From Candidatus Doudnabacteria bacterium (GTDB taxonomy: Bacteria > Patescibacteriota > Doudnabacteria > UBA920), in NCBI GenBank assembly GCA_003151625.1, contig PLYC01000013.1, positions 29,210-93,209 on the forward strand: a stretch of DNA of 64,000 nt. Reading direction: 5' to 3'. Of this stretch, positions 19,736-30,188 are shown piece by piece. Within the stretch, counting starts at the first letter, position 1, and every line of letters begins with the position of its first letter. Made by a program: the position numbers and the translations under genes. A model generated the notes under the pieces. The model was not told where the DNA came from. It ran no database searches and saw nothing but the letters and a program-made list of their open reading frames with translations.

Positions 19736-20545
19736 CTATTTTATATGGCTCGGGCAAACCACAGTGCATTTGTTATTTAAGCAAAGCGATGTAAACGGGC
19801 AGCGCGACAAGATGGCGTATTCCATGGGCGTAACACACTCGCTGTCCTGGGTGCAGGAAGTTTCAGTAATTTTTTCCAAAGAATAATTCGCAAGTGTGTA
19901 TCCTATCGGCAAGCTGTTGTTTAGGCTTTGCGGTTTTGGGGTAAGCTCGTTATTTGAATAAACCAGATACATACTTTTCCCGAGTGAAGGCCGCACGGAA
20001 AAATCTTCCCCCGGGTTCCTGTCTGCGTAATTAACAATTATTTCTCCGTTTTGGATTTGGTTATTTTGCGGCGCTATGCGGTCGCCGAGCAGTACGGCGT
20101 TTGTGCCTTTGTAGCCGCCTTCGGTCTTAATAGCCGCGGCAATGTAATAAAAGGTTCCGCTACCACCGGAGTTTTGTGTTAAAATTACGGCTGTGTCCGC
20201 AAGGCCGTCGCCGTTTATGTCGCCCTGGGTATTGGCCTCAAAAATTTTTGTAATCGTTTGGGAAGCGCCGGCGCTTGGGTCGTTTGTTTGAGCCGTGCCA
20301 TCCTTTAAAGTTACTGTTTTGCCTTCTATGGTATAGGTGGCGCTGGCTGGGTTTAGTGCTGCGACGGCCACGGTTCCGCATCCACTGGTCGGCATTTGTG
20401 CACTGGGGTGGCCATGTTGTACCCATTGTCCGTTTTGGCAGATCCAAACATCCTCGTTCATCCTAGCCGCAAACAAAGCCGCGCCAATAGCCAAAACCGC
20501 GACAACTCCAATCAAAAGTATTTTATTTTTTGTTCCAATAATCAT
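19736..20545 (-). CDS. Membrane-anchored surface protein
   Basis: N-terminal TM, EDVWICQNGQWVQHGHP, GGSGTFYY..LGDRI, Cys-rich C-terminus. Confidence 0.65.
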   Translation of the reverse strand: MIIGTKNKILLIGVVAVLAIGAALFAARMNEDVWICQNGQWVQHGHPSAQMPTSGCGTVAVAALNPASATYTIEGKTVTLKDGTAQTNDPSAGASQTITKIFEANTQGDINGDGLADTAVILTQNSGGSGTFYYIAAAIKTEGGYKGTNAVLLGDRIAPQNNQIQNGEIIVNYADRNPGEDFSVRPSLGKSMYLVYSNNELTPKPQSLNNSLPIGYTLANYSLEKITETSCTQDSECVTPMEYAILSRCPFTSLCLNNKCTVVCPSHIK

Positions 20546-20609
20546 TCAGTACCTTTCAATTAATTTTATCATAAATATCTGGAGCCTATTCGCGCGAATA
20601 GCTACCAGG

Positions 20610-20870
20610 TTACAAAAGCGCAAGAACTTGCTTGAGCAGTATGGTTTTTTGTTCCGGTAAAAAATAAAACACGTGCAAGCTTTGTTGCTGGCTGTCTACA
20701 AAATCCACCGTTGATAAAACCCTTAAATGTTTGGAGGTAGATTTAATCCCCAATTTAATTTCTCTGGCAATATCGCCCACCGAGGCTTTTCGGAAGCTCT
20801 TAAGATATTTTAGAATTGCCAGCCTTCTTTTATTTGCCAAAGCTTTGTATTGTTTTTCCAATTCCTTCAT
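20610..20870 (-). CDS. ArsR/SmtB family regulator 1
   Basis: KALANKRRLAIL, SVGDIA, TSKHL. Confidence 0.9.
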   Translation of the reverse strand: MKELEKQYKALANKRRLAILKYLKSFRKASVGDIAREIKLGIKSTSKHLRVLSTVDFVDSQQQSLHVFYFLPEQKTILLKQVLALL

Positions 20871-21230
20871 TTTAGATAAATTACGTAATTTTAGGTGGCT
20901 GCTTAATTATATCATTTTTTATATTTGGCGCATATTCGCACGAATAGTAACCAAATAACATGGAGAGTATTTTTCTTTGACATAAAAAATTAGGCGATAT
21001 ATGGTTGATGAGTAACGGATATGTACCAGGACAACCTGCTGGCTGAATTTCCCCCGGACCTTAAAAGGTTTGGCCACAAGCTTTGGCATAAAGCCCGCAA
21101 ACCTAAAATTCCGGCGCATCCCTAAAATCCCCGAAAGCGCTTAGTATGCGCTTTCGGGGATGCTTTATTAAAAAATCCGCTGGATCAGTATAAAACCTGA
21201 CCCAACGGCGGCGCGCCAAAAATGGCAGCT

Positions 21231-22031
21231 CTACTTTTTACGACTATGCTTACTACGCGGTTTGGGTTTTGCTTCGAGCCCAATCCGGACAGTCAGAGCC
21301 AAATGCCGGGCAATCTGCTCGTAAACTTCGGGGTTTATAACCATCCCAAGGTGTGACGACCAAACCTCGACGTCCACACCTTTTTTGCCAGTCAGACAAA
21401 ACCGCCAATCCACCAAGCCGTCGATGGTCGAAAACACGGCAGTTTGGCGTACCGACTTCGGCCATTGACGTGTCAACGAACGGCCAAAACAACAACAGCA
21501 ACGGCTGGTACCGCATACTGCGGGCAGTTTTGGATCCCGTTGGTGAATTAGGCTGTGCACCAAACCGCCAACCGTGAATACCAGCTTGTGAGCCACCAAC
21601 CCGCGAAACGGCGAGCCGAGGGTTATAACCGAAGCAATCTGCTCCGGCCAGCGGACAACGGCGGAGCGGGCAAAAATGCCGCCCAAGCTGTGACCGATAA
21701 TGTGGACGCGGCGTCCGGTTTCGACAAAAGCTTTTCCGATGGTCTCGTGAAGCTTTTCCGATAGCCTCTGCGGGCAGTCGGCCATTAAGCCGACTCCGGA
21801 AAAATAAGGGCGGTACCCAATTCGGTCCAGCCAGAGATACATCTCCAGCATGTATTCATCCAAGCCTGCAAGGCCAGGGATTAATACGACCGCGGAACCG
21901 TCCCCGTGTGGAATTCCCAATCCGTAATACGCCGGCGTAAAATGCAACACTAAAAATTCCAGCGGGAACAACAGCTCCCACCCAAACGGAGTGGGTTCCG
22001 AAAACTCTCCATGGCGCCGAAAGGCCTGCAC
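21231..22031 (-). CDS. Alpha/beta hydrolase (lipase/esterase-like)
   Basis: LIPG, GHSLGG, TLGSP, DGLVDW, SHLG. Confidence 0.85.
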   Translation of the reverse strand: MQAFRRHGEFSEPTPFGWELLFPLEFLVLHFTPAYYGLGIPHGDGSAVVLIPGLAGLDEYMLEMYLWLDRIGYRPYFSGVGLMADCPQRLSEKLHETIGKAFVETGRRVHIIGHSLGGIFARSAVVRWPEQIASVITLGSPFRGLVAHKLVFTVGGLVHSLIHQRDPKLPAVCGTSRCCCCFGRSLTRQWPKSVRQTAVFSTIDGLVDWRFCLTGKKGVDVEVWSSHLGMVINPEVYEQIARHLALTVRIGLEAKPKPRSKHSRKK

Positions 22032-22289
22032 TTGATGTGTCGTATAAATCCCCCTTTGGACAAGTATATACCGTCAACCGGTAAAGACCTAATTTCCCAA
22101 AAAATCCGCTCATTTACGAGCGGAAAAATTCTGCTTAAGAACAAGTTGCTGTATTTTTGACATCCCAAACTTTGACAAGGCCGGATCCATAATTTAAATA
22201 AAGTTTGATGGCAAAATAGTTTTCTTTTTGCCCAGCTGGGAAATTCGCTCCTGCCCGTAGTGGACCAAAGGTTCTACTACTGGGGCAAA

Positions 22290-22550
22290 TTAGAGCTCAT
22301 CCAAAGTGGATTTAATAATGGATTTTAGAGGGCGGTTTAAGGAATAAAACATACAAAGGTTAACCTGCTCTCGTTCCAAAATATCCGCCGCGCGCAAAAT
22401 GCCAAGGTGTTTGGATGTGGCTTTAAAGGACAGTTTAATTTGTTTTGCTATGTCCCCAACCGAAGCTTTTGTAGTAGAATTTAAAAATTTTAAAATAGCC
22501 AGCCGACGGCTGTTTGCCAAAGCCTTTAAAATTTTTTCCGTTTCCTTCAT
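22290..22550 (-). CDS. ArsR/SmtB family regulator 2
   Basis: Paralog of 20610: KALANSRRLAIL, SVGDIA, TSKHL. Confidence 0.9.
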   Translation of the reverse strand: MKETEKILKALANSRRLAILKFLNSTTKASVGDIAKQIKLSFKATSKHLGILRAADILEREQVNLCMFYSLNRPLKSIIKSTLDEL

Positions 22551-22720
22551 AAAGTTTATATTTATATTTTAACATAAAATTATCAATTCTCATATTCGCG
22601 CGAATTAGAGAACGGAAGGGGTGGGATGGTTTTTAATGTTTCTTGCGGGAGGGGTGTTTGGCTTCCTTATAAGACCGTTGACAAGATTAAGGTTATGCTT
22701 ATAATGGAGCGGAAGGAGGA

Positions 22721-23182
22721 TTGCGCATGTCATACGGAACTCGCGATAAACTGGAAGGCCTTTCAATGCTTGCAGAGCTCATACTGCTAATTGGGGTGAC
22801 GTTTTTGGTCTTCCGATGGACCGGCGGATTTGGGGACGCCTGGCAGTTAAGCATTTTCTGGCGGGTGTTGGCAATACCCGCTATAAGTGGCTTTGTTGTT
22901 CTCTTGCTTGGGGCCTGGGGCGTCTGGGGAGATGACGACTACATTAGAGCCCTCAACTGGCGGTGTTACTTTCCCATTCAGTTTTTAGTTTTAAGCGGAA
23001 CAAGCTTTTACGCGCTTTTTGCGCTGTTGTTCCACCACTACAAGCTACACAACCCAAAGCTGGTCGGCGCGGGCGCGGACATGTTTGTGATGTTTTTTAT
23101 TTCCGCCGCGCTGGGCTTTGGTTCGCTTTCCTTGGGCGCTTGGCTTGGGGAAAAGATTGGCAAGACGCTGGCGCGGCGCTAG
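22721..23182 (+). CDS. Hypothetical 4-TM membrane protein
   Basis: TTGACA/TATAAT promoter at 22678-22705, AGGAGG SD, hydrophobic helices. Confidence 0.6.
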   Translation: MRMSYGTRDKLEGLSMLAELILLIGVTFLVFRWTGGFGDAWQLSIFWRVLAIPAISGFVVLLLGAWGVWGDDDYIRALNWRCYFPIQFLVLSGTSFYALFALLFHHYKLHNPKLVGAGADMFVMFFISAALGFGSLSLGAWLGEKIGKTLARR

Positions 23183-23281
23183 CCACAGCCGGAACAAACT
23201 TCAGCAGCGGTCGGGACTCACTTCCCGACCGCTGTATTCTTTTAATGGGTCATGTCCCCACTGTTTTATTCATATGTTAAC

Positions 23282-23560
23282 TTACTTTTTCTTCCAAAAA
23301 CTTTTTGCCTTTTTTTCCATCGCCTTGAGCCTGGTATAATAATCAGGAAATTCGTTTAAATGCGCGAGCGCGATTTTACCGGTAAGGATATCATTATCAC
23401 CGGTCACATTGGTATGTGGATCTACTGTACCGTGCTCCAGCTCCACTATAAGGCCCATTCTAAATTGATTAATGTCAAACTTATCCCACAAAATGCCAAG
23501 TCGGCTCCCAATCCTCTTGGCGTCTTGGCTAGTGAATTTTTTGGCAATATGATGTTTCAT
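23282..23560 (-). CDS. DUF5661-like protein
   Basis: QFRMGL.VELEHG, TGKIALAHLNEFPDYYTRL. Confidence 0.8.
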   Translation of the reverse strand: MKHHIAKKFTSQDAKRIGSRLGILWDKFDINQFRMGLIVELEHGTVDPHTNVTGDNDILTGKIALAHLNEFPDYYTRLKAMEKKAKSFWKKK

Positions 23561-23787
23561 AAATTTGTGATTATAAATTATTGAAATAAAAGGCTCCCGA
23601 CCCTTTTTTCAGTTTCATTGTTTGTTTATGGCCATATTTTTAACTTTTAAAAATTTAAATTAAAGGTTCCTGACATCTTTTCTATTACATTGTACAAGCC
23701 ACCGGCCCCGGCTCCTGTTTCCCCTTCCCGCATCCCGCTGCAAGCAAAACAAAACCAACTATAATAAATAATGTTTTTTTCATAAAA

Positions 23788-24294
23788 TTACCTATTCCCT
23801 TGGACAACTCCATCCGGAGGGATAAAACTATTAAGAAGTTTTGTGTATTTCAGCTGAAGATCCTTTGAAATTTGAGGGTGGTTGAATGCCTCCATTATGC
23901 CTTGATTTTCAACAATAGTTGCAGCTTTATCAAAGTAAAAGCCTTCTGGTGTTGCAAGAAAGAGATATGACGGCTTCCATGACTCAAACATCCGTTTTGC
24001 ATCAAGAAGAATTCGGTCAGCTCTAGGCGACATCATATATTTTACTTCTATCAAATGAACCTCATGCGTTTCGTTATTAATCACAACAAAATCAGGCGCT
24101 CGTCTAATAATTTCCATTGTTTCCTGAGCATGGATGTCGCGCTGACGATGGGCCAATTCTGGCAGTACGCTTTCATAACCAAAAGCAAGTATGGTAAAGC
24201 ACCCTGTATCCCGAAGCATCTGCTCAAATAATGTCTCTGCTATCCTTCCTTTGACCAGATTTTTTGAAAAATATATTGGGTCACTATTTATCAT
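23788..24294 (-). CDS. PD-(D/E)XK nuclease-like protein
   Basis: G.IAE..., PDFVV...LIEVK. Confidence 0.65.
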   Translation of the reverse strand: MINSDPIYFSKNLVKGRIAETLFEQMLRDTGCFTILAFGYESVLPELAHRQRDIHAQETMEIIRRAPDFVVINNETHEVHLIEVKYMMSPRADRILLDAKRMFESWKPSYLFLATPEGFYFDKAATIVENQGIMEAFNHPQISKDLQLKYTKLLNSFIPPDGVVQGNR

Positions 24295-24415
24295 AATTCT
24301 GTTAAATTATTTTTTTAACCAATTTATACAGACTAGTTTATTATTTACCGGGTACACTAAGAGGGAAATTTTGGAAAACCTTCTTTTACAACTTCATTGA
24401 TTGCTTTTACATAAA

Positions 24416-24631
24416 TTAAAGGTTCCTGACACCTTTTCCGTTCCCTGACACCTTTTCCGTTCCTTTCTTAATCATCACGTGTCCCCGGTATTGAGCCAGG
24501 GTTGGCATAGTGTGTTCGTATCCAAACGGGATAACTGTAAATTTTTCTTCTTCTCGAAACATTTGCTCGAAAATTACTTCCGCTACCTTTCCTTTAATCA
24601 AATCTTTGGAAAATTCTATTTCATTGCGCAT
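24416..24631 (-). pseudogene. Truncated paralog of the 23788 nuclease
   Basis: FSKDLIKGKVAEVIFEQMFR..FTVIPFGYE matches the paralog N-terminus; similarity is lost by the tandem repeat at 24420-24463. Confidence 0.75.
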
Positions 24632-24686
24632 AAATTTTTAATTACTATTTCAAATTTATAATTAATGGGTCTTGTCCCCATTTTTA

Positions 24687-25889
24687 TTATTTCTCAATAG
24701 TTTTGTTGGTTTCGTAAAGCTCTGCAAATTTAGCTGTCATTGTAGGATTGCCGCGCGTTAGCCTTTTGATTGTCAGGTCTTCTGCTTTATTATTAGCGAG
24801 ACGAAGGTTATTTTCAGAAGACAGGAGAGCCTCTTTGGTTTTTTGGAGATGGTCGATGGTTTTGTCGATTTCACCTACGGCTGTTTTAAAGCGACTAGAG
24901 GCAAGCTCAAAATTTTTGTTAAAACCATCTTTGAACTTATTCATATTTTCCTCAAAGTTGGTGATGTCGATATTTTGGTTCCTTACCAAGGCAAGCTCAG
25001 CTTTATATTTAAGGGAGTTCATGGCCGCGTTGCGTAGCAGTGTTATTATAGGGATGAAAAATTGTGGGCGAACTACATACATTTTGGGATATTTGTGGGA
25101 GACATCGACGATGCCAGTGTTATATAGCTCATTCTCGGCTTCCAGCAGTGTAACAAGGACAGCGTACTCACACTTCTTCTCTGTGCGATCTTTGTCGAGC
25201 TCTTTGAAGTAGTCTTCATTCTTATGTTTGGTTGCAGTGGTGTCTTGCTCATTCTTCATTTCAAACATAATGGAGATAATTTCGTTGCCGGATTCGTCGG
25301 CCTCGCGGTATATATAGTCGCCTTTACTGCCAGTTCTGGAATCATTATCCTTTTCAAAGTATGCATTTTGGAAGCCCGTAGCACGGAGTTTATTAAACTC
25401 AGTCTCACAATGCTGCTCTAAGGTTTCGCCAACCATTTTAGTACTGAGTTTTAATTTAACGTCCTTATAGCGTTCGATCATTTCGTCTTTTAGTCTCAAT
25501 TCGTTTTCATATTTTTCTTTTTGTGAGGATACAAGAAGTTGATTTTCACTATCTTTGCTTTGGAGCTTAGCGGTGAGGCCATCACGTTCTTTTTCGACAG
25601 AATTGACCGCTTCGGTGATGGCAAGTTTTTTCTCAAGCGCTGCATTGTTGATTTTTGATTTCATTTCGGCTATTTCGGTATCCTTCTTTGCAAGGTTTGT
25701 TTGTAGCGCATTTTTAAAATTAGCCTCCGCAAACTCTACGGCATTTTCTTTATCTTTTTCGAGAATTTCCATACGCTCATGCAGTTCTTTTTCAAACTCA
25801 TGGTCGTGGATCTGCTTTAGAATATCGGCAAATCCTGCCTCGTCTACCTTGAAAGTTTTTTTACAATGTGGACATATAATTTCATTCAT
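24687..25889 (-). CDS. DUF2130 coiled-coil protein
   Basis: [33 protein letters not shown]. Confidence 0.88.
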   Translation of the reverse strand: MNEIICPHCKKTFKVDEAGFADILKQIHDHEFEKELHERMEILEKDKENAVEFAEANFKNALQTNLAKKDTEIAEMKSKINNAALEKKLAITEAVNSVEKERDGLTAKLQSKDSENQLLVSSQKEKYENELRLKDEMIERYKDVKLKLSTKMVGETLEQHCETEFNKLRATGFQNAYFEKDNDSRTGSKGDYIYREADESGNEIISIMFEMKNEQDTTATKHKNEDYFKELDKDRTEKKCEYAVLVTLLEAENELYNTGIVDVSHKYPKMYVVRPQFFIPIITLLRNAAMNSLKYKAELALVRNQNIDITNFEENMNKFKDGFNKNFELASSRFKTAVGEIDKTIDHLQKTKEALLSSENNLRLANNKAEDLTIKRLTRGNPTMTAKFAELYETNKTIEK

Positions 25890-26141
25890 ATTGATTATTT
25901 TAATTTTAATTTGTACCCCGTTGCCTAACAAGCTAAAATAAATTAATTAATGACTCCTGATCCATTTCTGATTTGCTAAATTAACTTAACGGCTCCTGAC
26001 CCCTTTTCCGTTCCCATCATTTATTCTAAATATTTTTTCACATCATTCGATGGAAATGAACTCATTAATTCATTATCTGGTTTTTATTTCATTGTCCAAT
26101 TTGTCATAATTTAAATAGAATTATAAAAAAATCCTTACCAA

Positions 26142-28470
26142 TCAAAGAATCTCTTGTACCACCCCTTGAACAGTATCGCCCTCCTCGGGTGTTATTGGCA
26201 TATGGCTTTTGTTTGTGCTTTTGGGTAAAAGTATTCTACGCCCACCCTTTTTATTATACATTTTAATTGTTACATTATCACCCAGCAAAGAAACAACCCT
26301 ATCTCCCGAATAAGCTTTTATTTGTTGCCGACACAAAACTAAATCACCGTCCTCAATTCCGGCCAAATTCATTGAATCCCCGCTAGCTCGTAGTACAAAA
26401 TAATTATAACCAGACTTTATTTTAGTCGCGTTAACGTCAATGTAACCTTCGGTATTTTCTTCTGCATAAAAAGGATTACCACATGGTGCCATGCCTAATA
26501 TCGGTACCCTAAATGTTTTTTTGACAAATTCTTCCACAAGCTGTTTAAATGGTTGCTTTTCGTGCGAAACATCAAAACCCTCTAGTCGACTTTTAAAATA
26601 TTTTTCAGTTTCTTTATTTGTAAAATATACGTAACAGCCTTTCATTCCTCGCGACATAAGAACACGGTAAATATTTTTTACATGTTTTTCAAAATTTTCT
26701 TTATTCCTTTTTAACATCGGATCAGACGTTGCTTTTATGTCAGCTTCGAGTTTACTTTTTTCTGGATTGTATATTAAATCGTCCCCAACTATAACGCCAA
26801 TATAATCAAATTCAAAACCTTGGGCAGTGTATATACAGCCAACTTGCTTAATCCCTTCTGGTTTGTATGCCCACTCAAACCATTTTGCGTAACCTGTTGG
26901 TGGCTTGATTTTATCATGGGTCTCCCAAGGCATTGAAAAATTTCCTATTTTTACATCTTTTACCAATTCTCCTTTTTCGTCTAATTCTTGCGACCATGGC
27001 CAACAGAAGCCGGCTACAAGACGAGCAAAATTTCCTTTTTTTGGATTTTCTTTCTTCCCCATTTTTTCTTTCTCTAAAAGTACAGCATATAAATCCTCAG
27101 GCGTGTCAAAAATTTTAAAATCGAACTTTTCCGTTTTTGAAAGCATTAACCTTTCTTGACTATATCCGAGCGTTGATTCCAGCCAGCTTAAATAATTATT
27201 TGATCCCATGCAACGAAATTGAGTTTCTAGAGTTATTTCGTCTATAGAACAATTAAATTTTTTTGCCGTTTCTCTAATGAGCTCTACGCTTCCTATCTCA
27301 AGTGACCTTATATTTTGCATATCATCAATAAAAAAGACCGATGTTTTTGCAAAACGAATTATTTGATCAATTTGTGGCATATCCGTTCGATGTTCGCGAG
27401 GTGTAAACTGATTATTGCTAGTTTTTCCAATTCTATGTGCTTCGTCAATCAATACTAAATCTCCCTCATTTTCCTTAACCTTTGACGGAATAAACCTATT
27501 TAAATTGGAAATTAATTTTTCTGCTTCTCCGCCCACTAAATTTACAAGGCCGCTAATAAAAGGCTTCGATTTACAAGCATAAAATGCTTTTAAATTTCTT
27601 TTTGTTGCTTCTGCTAAAATATTTAAAGCTATTACAGATTTTCCTGTACCGGGACCGTCGTGTATAATTATGACTGCTTTTTTTTTCTTTTTGTGTCTTT
27701 CTTATCTTTGACCAAATTACATTTTTTGCTACAAGTTGCTCATTTAGTAAAGAAAAAACTGCTTCATTAGAAATTATTTTTGAAACATTTTCCAAGAGTT
27801 TTTTTGAAGGTGTTATAGGACTTTGCATAAATCTATTAAACACCTCGAATCCGTCACCTTTTGAAAGAAGATATTTTATCTTGTCTGCTAATAATTGGGT
27901 ATCATTTTTTGTATAAATAGGAAAATCTCTAACGATATCTTTATAGATAGGTGCAAAAAGGCCCTCATCATCTTGTTTGGGGTAATTATGACAATATGCG
28001 CAACTAAATAGACAAAGAGGTTGGTTCGTCTCAAATTCTGCAATAAAACTTTTTAAATATCCTTCATAACCTTTTACCTGTTGTGATGGATGTGGGACTA
28101 TCCTTGTATTACCGCCTGTATATGTCTCAACGAAGTTACCTTCATCTTCAAGGGTTTGAACACTTGACCATTGTTTTAATTCTATAAGGACAGTATTGTC
28201 ATTATCTGCCTCGTCTTTACCAAAAAGTAAACAATCAATTCTGTTTTGATTGTATGGTACTTCATATTCGAGTGCGACATTAATGTCTTGTAAATCTGCT
28301 ATTTCAATCAAATCCTTAACTCTTGGTAAAGAATTTTGCCAGGAATTAATTTGGCTTTGCCCCGACCTTACTCCAAAAGAAGCCAAAAAAGCGTCGGACA
28401 TTTTATCTGTAAGAACGTTATTTCTAATATCATTACAGAAAGTTTTGGCATCAGCTTTGTATATCAACAT
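26142..28470 (-). pseudogene. DUF2075 (Schlafen-group-3-like nuclease-helicase) fused to C-terminal S24 peptidase; frameshifted at an A9 run
   Basis: RIDCLL..IELKQW; GPGTGKS lies in the shifted frame after T9 at 27678-27686; DEAHR, QGFEFDY, VLMSRG; GDSM and TIK S24 motifs. Confidence 0.85.
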
Positions 28471-28473
28471 ATC

Positions 28474-28821
28474 CTATAGCTCAGTATACTTATTATGTTT
28501 ACCTTTTGCTTTTGCGATTGGATATTTTTTTTCATTCTTTTTCATCTTTCCGCTGAATATTTTAACCAAGTCAATATTCAAATCGTGTGCTATTAACAGT
28601 ACCCAATATAAAGTATCTGCCAATTCTTCGCCAATATCGTTTTTATGTTTTTTTACATACTCAGCTACCTCTTTTTCATTCTTCCACTGAAAATGCTCTC
28701 CAACTTCTGCAGCCTCTAACATCAAAGACAAAGCCAAATCTTTCGGTTTATGGAATTGTTTCCAATCTCGGGCGTCTCGGAAAGCAATTATTTTTTTTGT
28801 TAGCTCTTTGATATCCGACAT
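28474..28821 (-). CDS. MazG-like nucleotide pyrophosphohydrolase
   Basis: FRDARDWKQFH.PKDLA..L.LEAAE..E.FQW, EELAD, KYP. Confidence 0.92.
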   Translation of the reverse strand: MSDIKELTKKIIAFRDARDWKQFHKPKDLALSLMLEAAEVGEHFQWKNEKEVAEYVKKHKNDIGEELADTLYWVLLIAHDLNIDLVKIFSGKMKKNEKKYPIAKAKGKHNKYTEL

Positions 28822-28988
28822 AAAATTAATGACTATTAATCTTTTTCACCGATCTATAAATCATCAAAATACTACCCAGGAAAACTAAACCAAAAAATAT
28901 TTTTTGCAAATGGGTTTGGCAACAATAAATAGGGCAAACGAGAGGACGGTGAGGGGGAAATATAACTAAGGTAAGGGCAGAAATTTTT

Positions 28989-29138
28989 TTATGCCTTGGG
29001 GAGCCCCATCTCTGCGGACGAGGCAGGATATTTTCCGGCCAAAGGCAAATTACCTTGGAGGTAGCCGCTGGCGTTGGTGATAGGAATTTCCTGGCCTTTT
29101 AGGAAATCTTTGGTATATTGTTCGCCGTTTTCGGACAT
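28989..29138 (-). CDS. Small ORF or gene remnant MSENGEQY...
   Basis: 49-codon ORF 7 nt after the 29146 stop; 5' end repeated at ~29652 and ~31413. Confidence 0.35.
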   Translation of the reverse strand: MSENGEQYTKDFLKGQEIPITNASGYLQGNLPLAGKYPASSAEMGLPKA

Positions 29139-29145
29139 AAAGATC

Positions 29146-29451
29146 TTATTTTTCCAGATCTTCCGTTAAAATTCCCAAACTTCTTGCGGGCTTAGGCTCC
29201 TCCTTGGCCTGCTCTTTTGGGGCTGGATCAGACTTGGATTTAGGGAGGTCGTCAACATTCACCAAATCCGGTCCCCGGGTTTGCCGATTTTGATCAGCCT
29301 CGGTAAACATCCTTTTGCGGTCGTCCGGACCGATAGGCTTTTCCGTTTCTATCTTCATGGCAGCTTCAAGAGCGGCCCTTGCTTTGGCCGCCCGGGTATC
29401 CCAATGATCAGTTTCTTGATCGAATATACTGGATTGTTCTTTGGTTGGCAT
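29146..29451 (-). CDS. Small charged low-complexity protein (paralog of 31516)
   Basis: MPT start, C-terminus SLGILTEDLEK. Confidence 0.65.
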   Translation of the reverse strand: MPTKEQSSIFDQETDHWDTRAAKARAALEAAMKIETEKPIGPDDRKRMFTEADQNRQTRGPDLVNVDDLPKSKSDPAPKEQAKEEPKPARSLGILTEDLEK

Positions 29452-29658
29452 ATGTTTATAATTAAAAATAGCCTTAATAAGGCTATTTTACTCCTTTTTT
29501 TAGGGTTTGCCAACAAAAATTTGGTGGGTTTGACAGGTTTTTGCCAATTCTATATTTATATTAAATTAAAGGTTCCTGACACCTTTTCCGTCTATTGGAT
29601 AATTGGTCTAAAAATTTAAGGGGTATAAATATTTTTCGCTGTTTTCGGACAAAAAAAA

Positions 29659-29970
29659 TTAATTTATCCTAACCGGGTATCCGAGCTCACATTCAGCAAG
29701 GAAGGCTTCCCGATAAACTTTATATTCGGCATCAGGCATACCGGAACCAACCTCCGCGCTTAACTTATCGGCCGCTTGTTTGATAATTTCCTCCGGCACC
29801 CGGTATCCCGGTTGGACTGGTATGTCTTTATTTTGGTGGAAAAAATTTTTCATGTAAGCTATCGCATCGCTTCTCGCCACTTCGGCCACGGCTTCCACAA
29901 GTTCTTTCCACTCTTGTGTTTGCTCTATTTCGTCCGAAAACGACTCAAAATCCGGATCGCCTTCTTTCAT
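29659..29970 (-). CDS. Small acidic hypothetical protein
   Basis: 103 aa ORF. Confidence 0.55.
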   Translation of the reverse strand: MKEGDPDFESFSDEIEQTQEWKELVEAVAEVARSDAIAYMKNFFHQNKDIPVQPGYRVPEEIIKQAADKLSAEVGSGMPDAEYKVYREAFLAECELGYPVRIN

Positions 29971-30029
29971 AAATATCTAATTAATAATACTCCAATTTTG
30001 CTTTAATTTCATGGGTTTTATCTTAGTTC

Positions 30030-30089
30030 TGGATCCCGGCTCCCAGCCTTCGCTAAAGCTACGGCGGGCAGGCGGAGGCCAGGATGACA
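30030..30089. repeat. REP-like element
   Basis: TGGATCCCGGC...CCTTCGCTAAAGCTACGG...GCCAGGATGACA. Confidence 0.55.
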
Positions 30090-30188
30090 CAATCTAAGTA
30101 TATACCCGGGAATATACTTTTGTAAAAAGTAAAAAAAAAGGCAGACTGCGCGACAGCCTGCCTCGATACGCTATTATTTTGTACACCG

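Larger units (their letters stand above)
23591..29590 (+). repeat. Family of short direct repeats (AAATTAA)AGGTTCCTGACACCTTTTCCG
   Basis: Copies near 23591, 23664, 24420 (tandem), 25990 and 29570; degenerate copies at 24667 and 25952; all same orientation. Confidence 0.8.

Noticed and set aside
23591-29590. CRISPR array or integron
   Set aside because: Spacing is irregular and gene-sized; no cas or intI genes and no attC hairpins.
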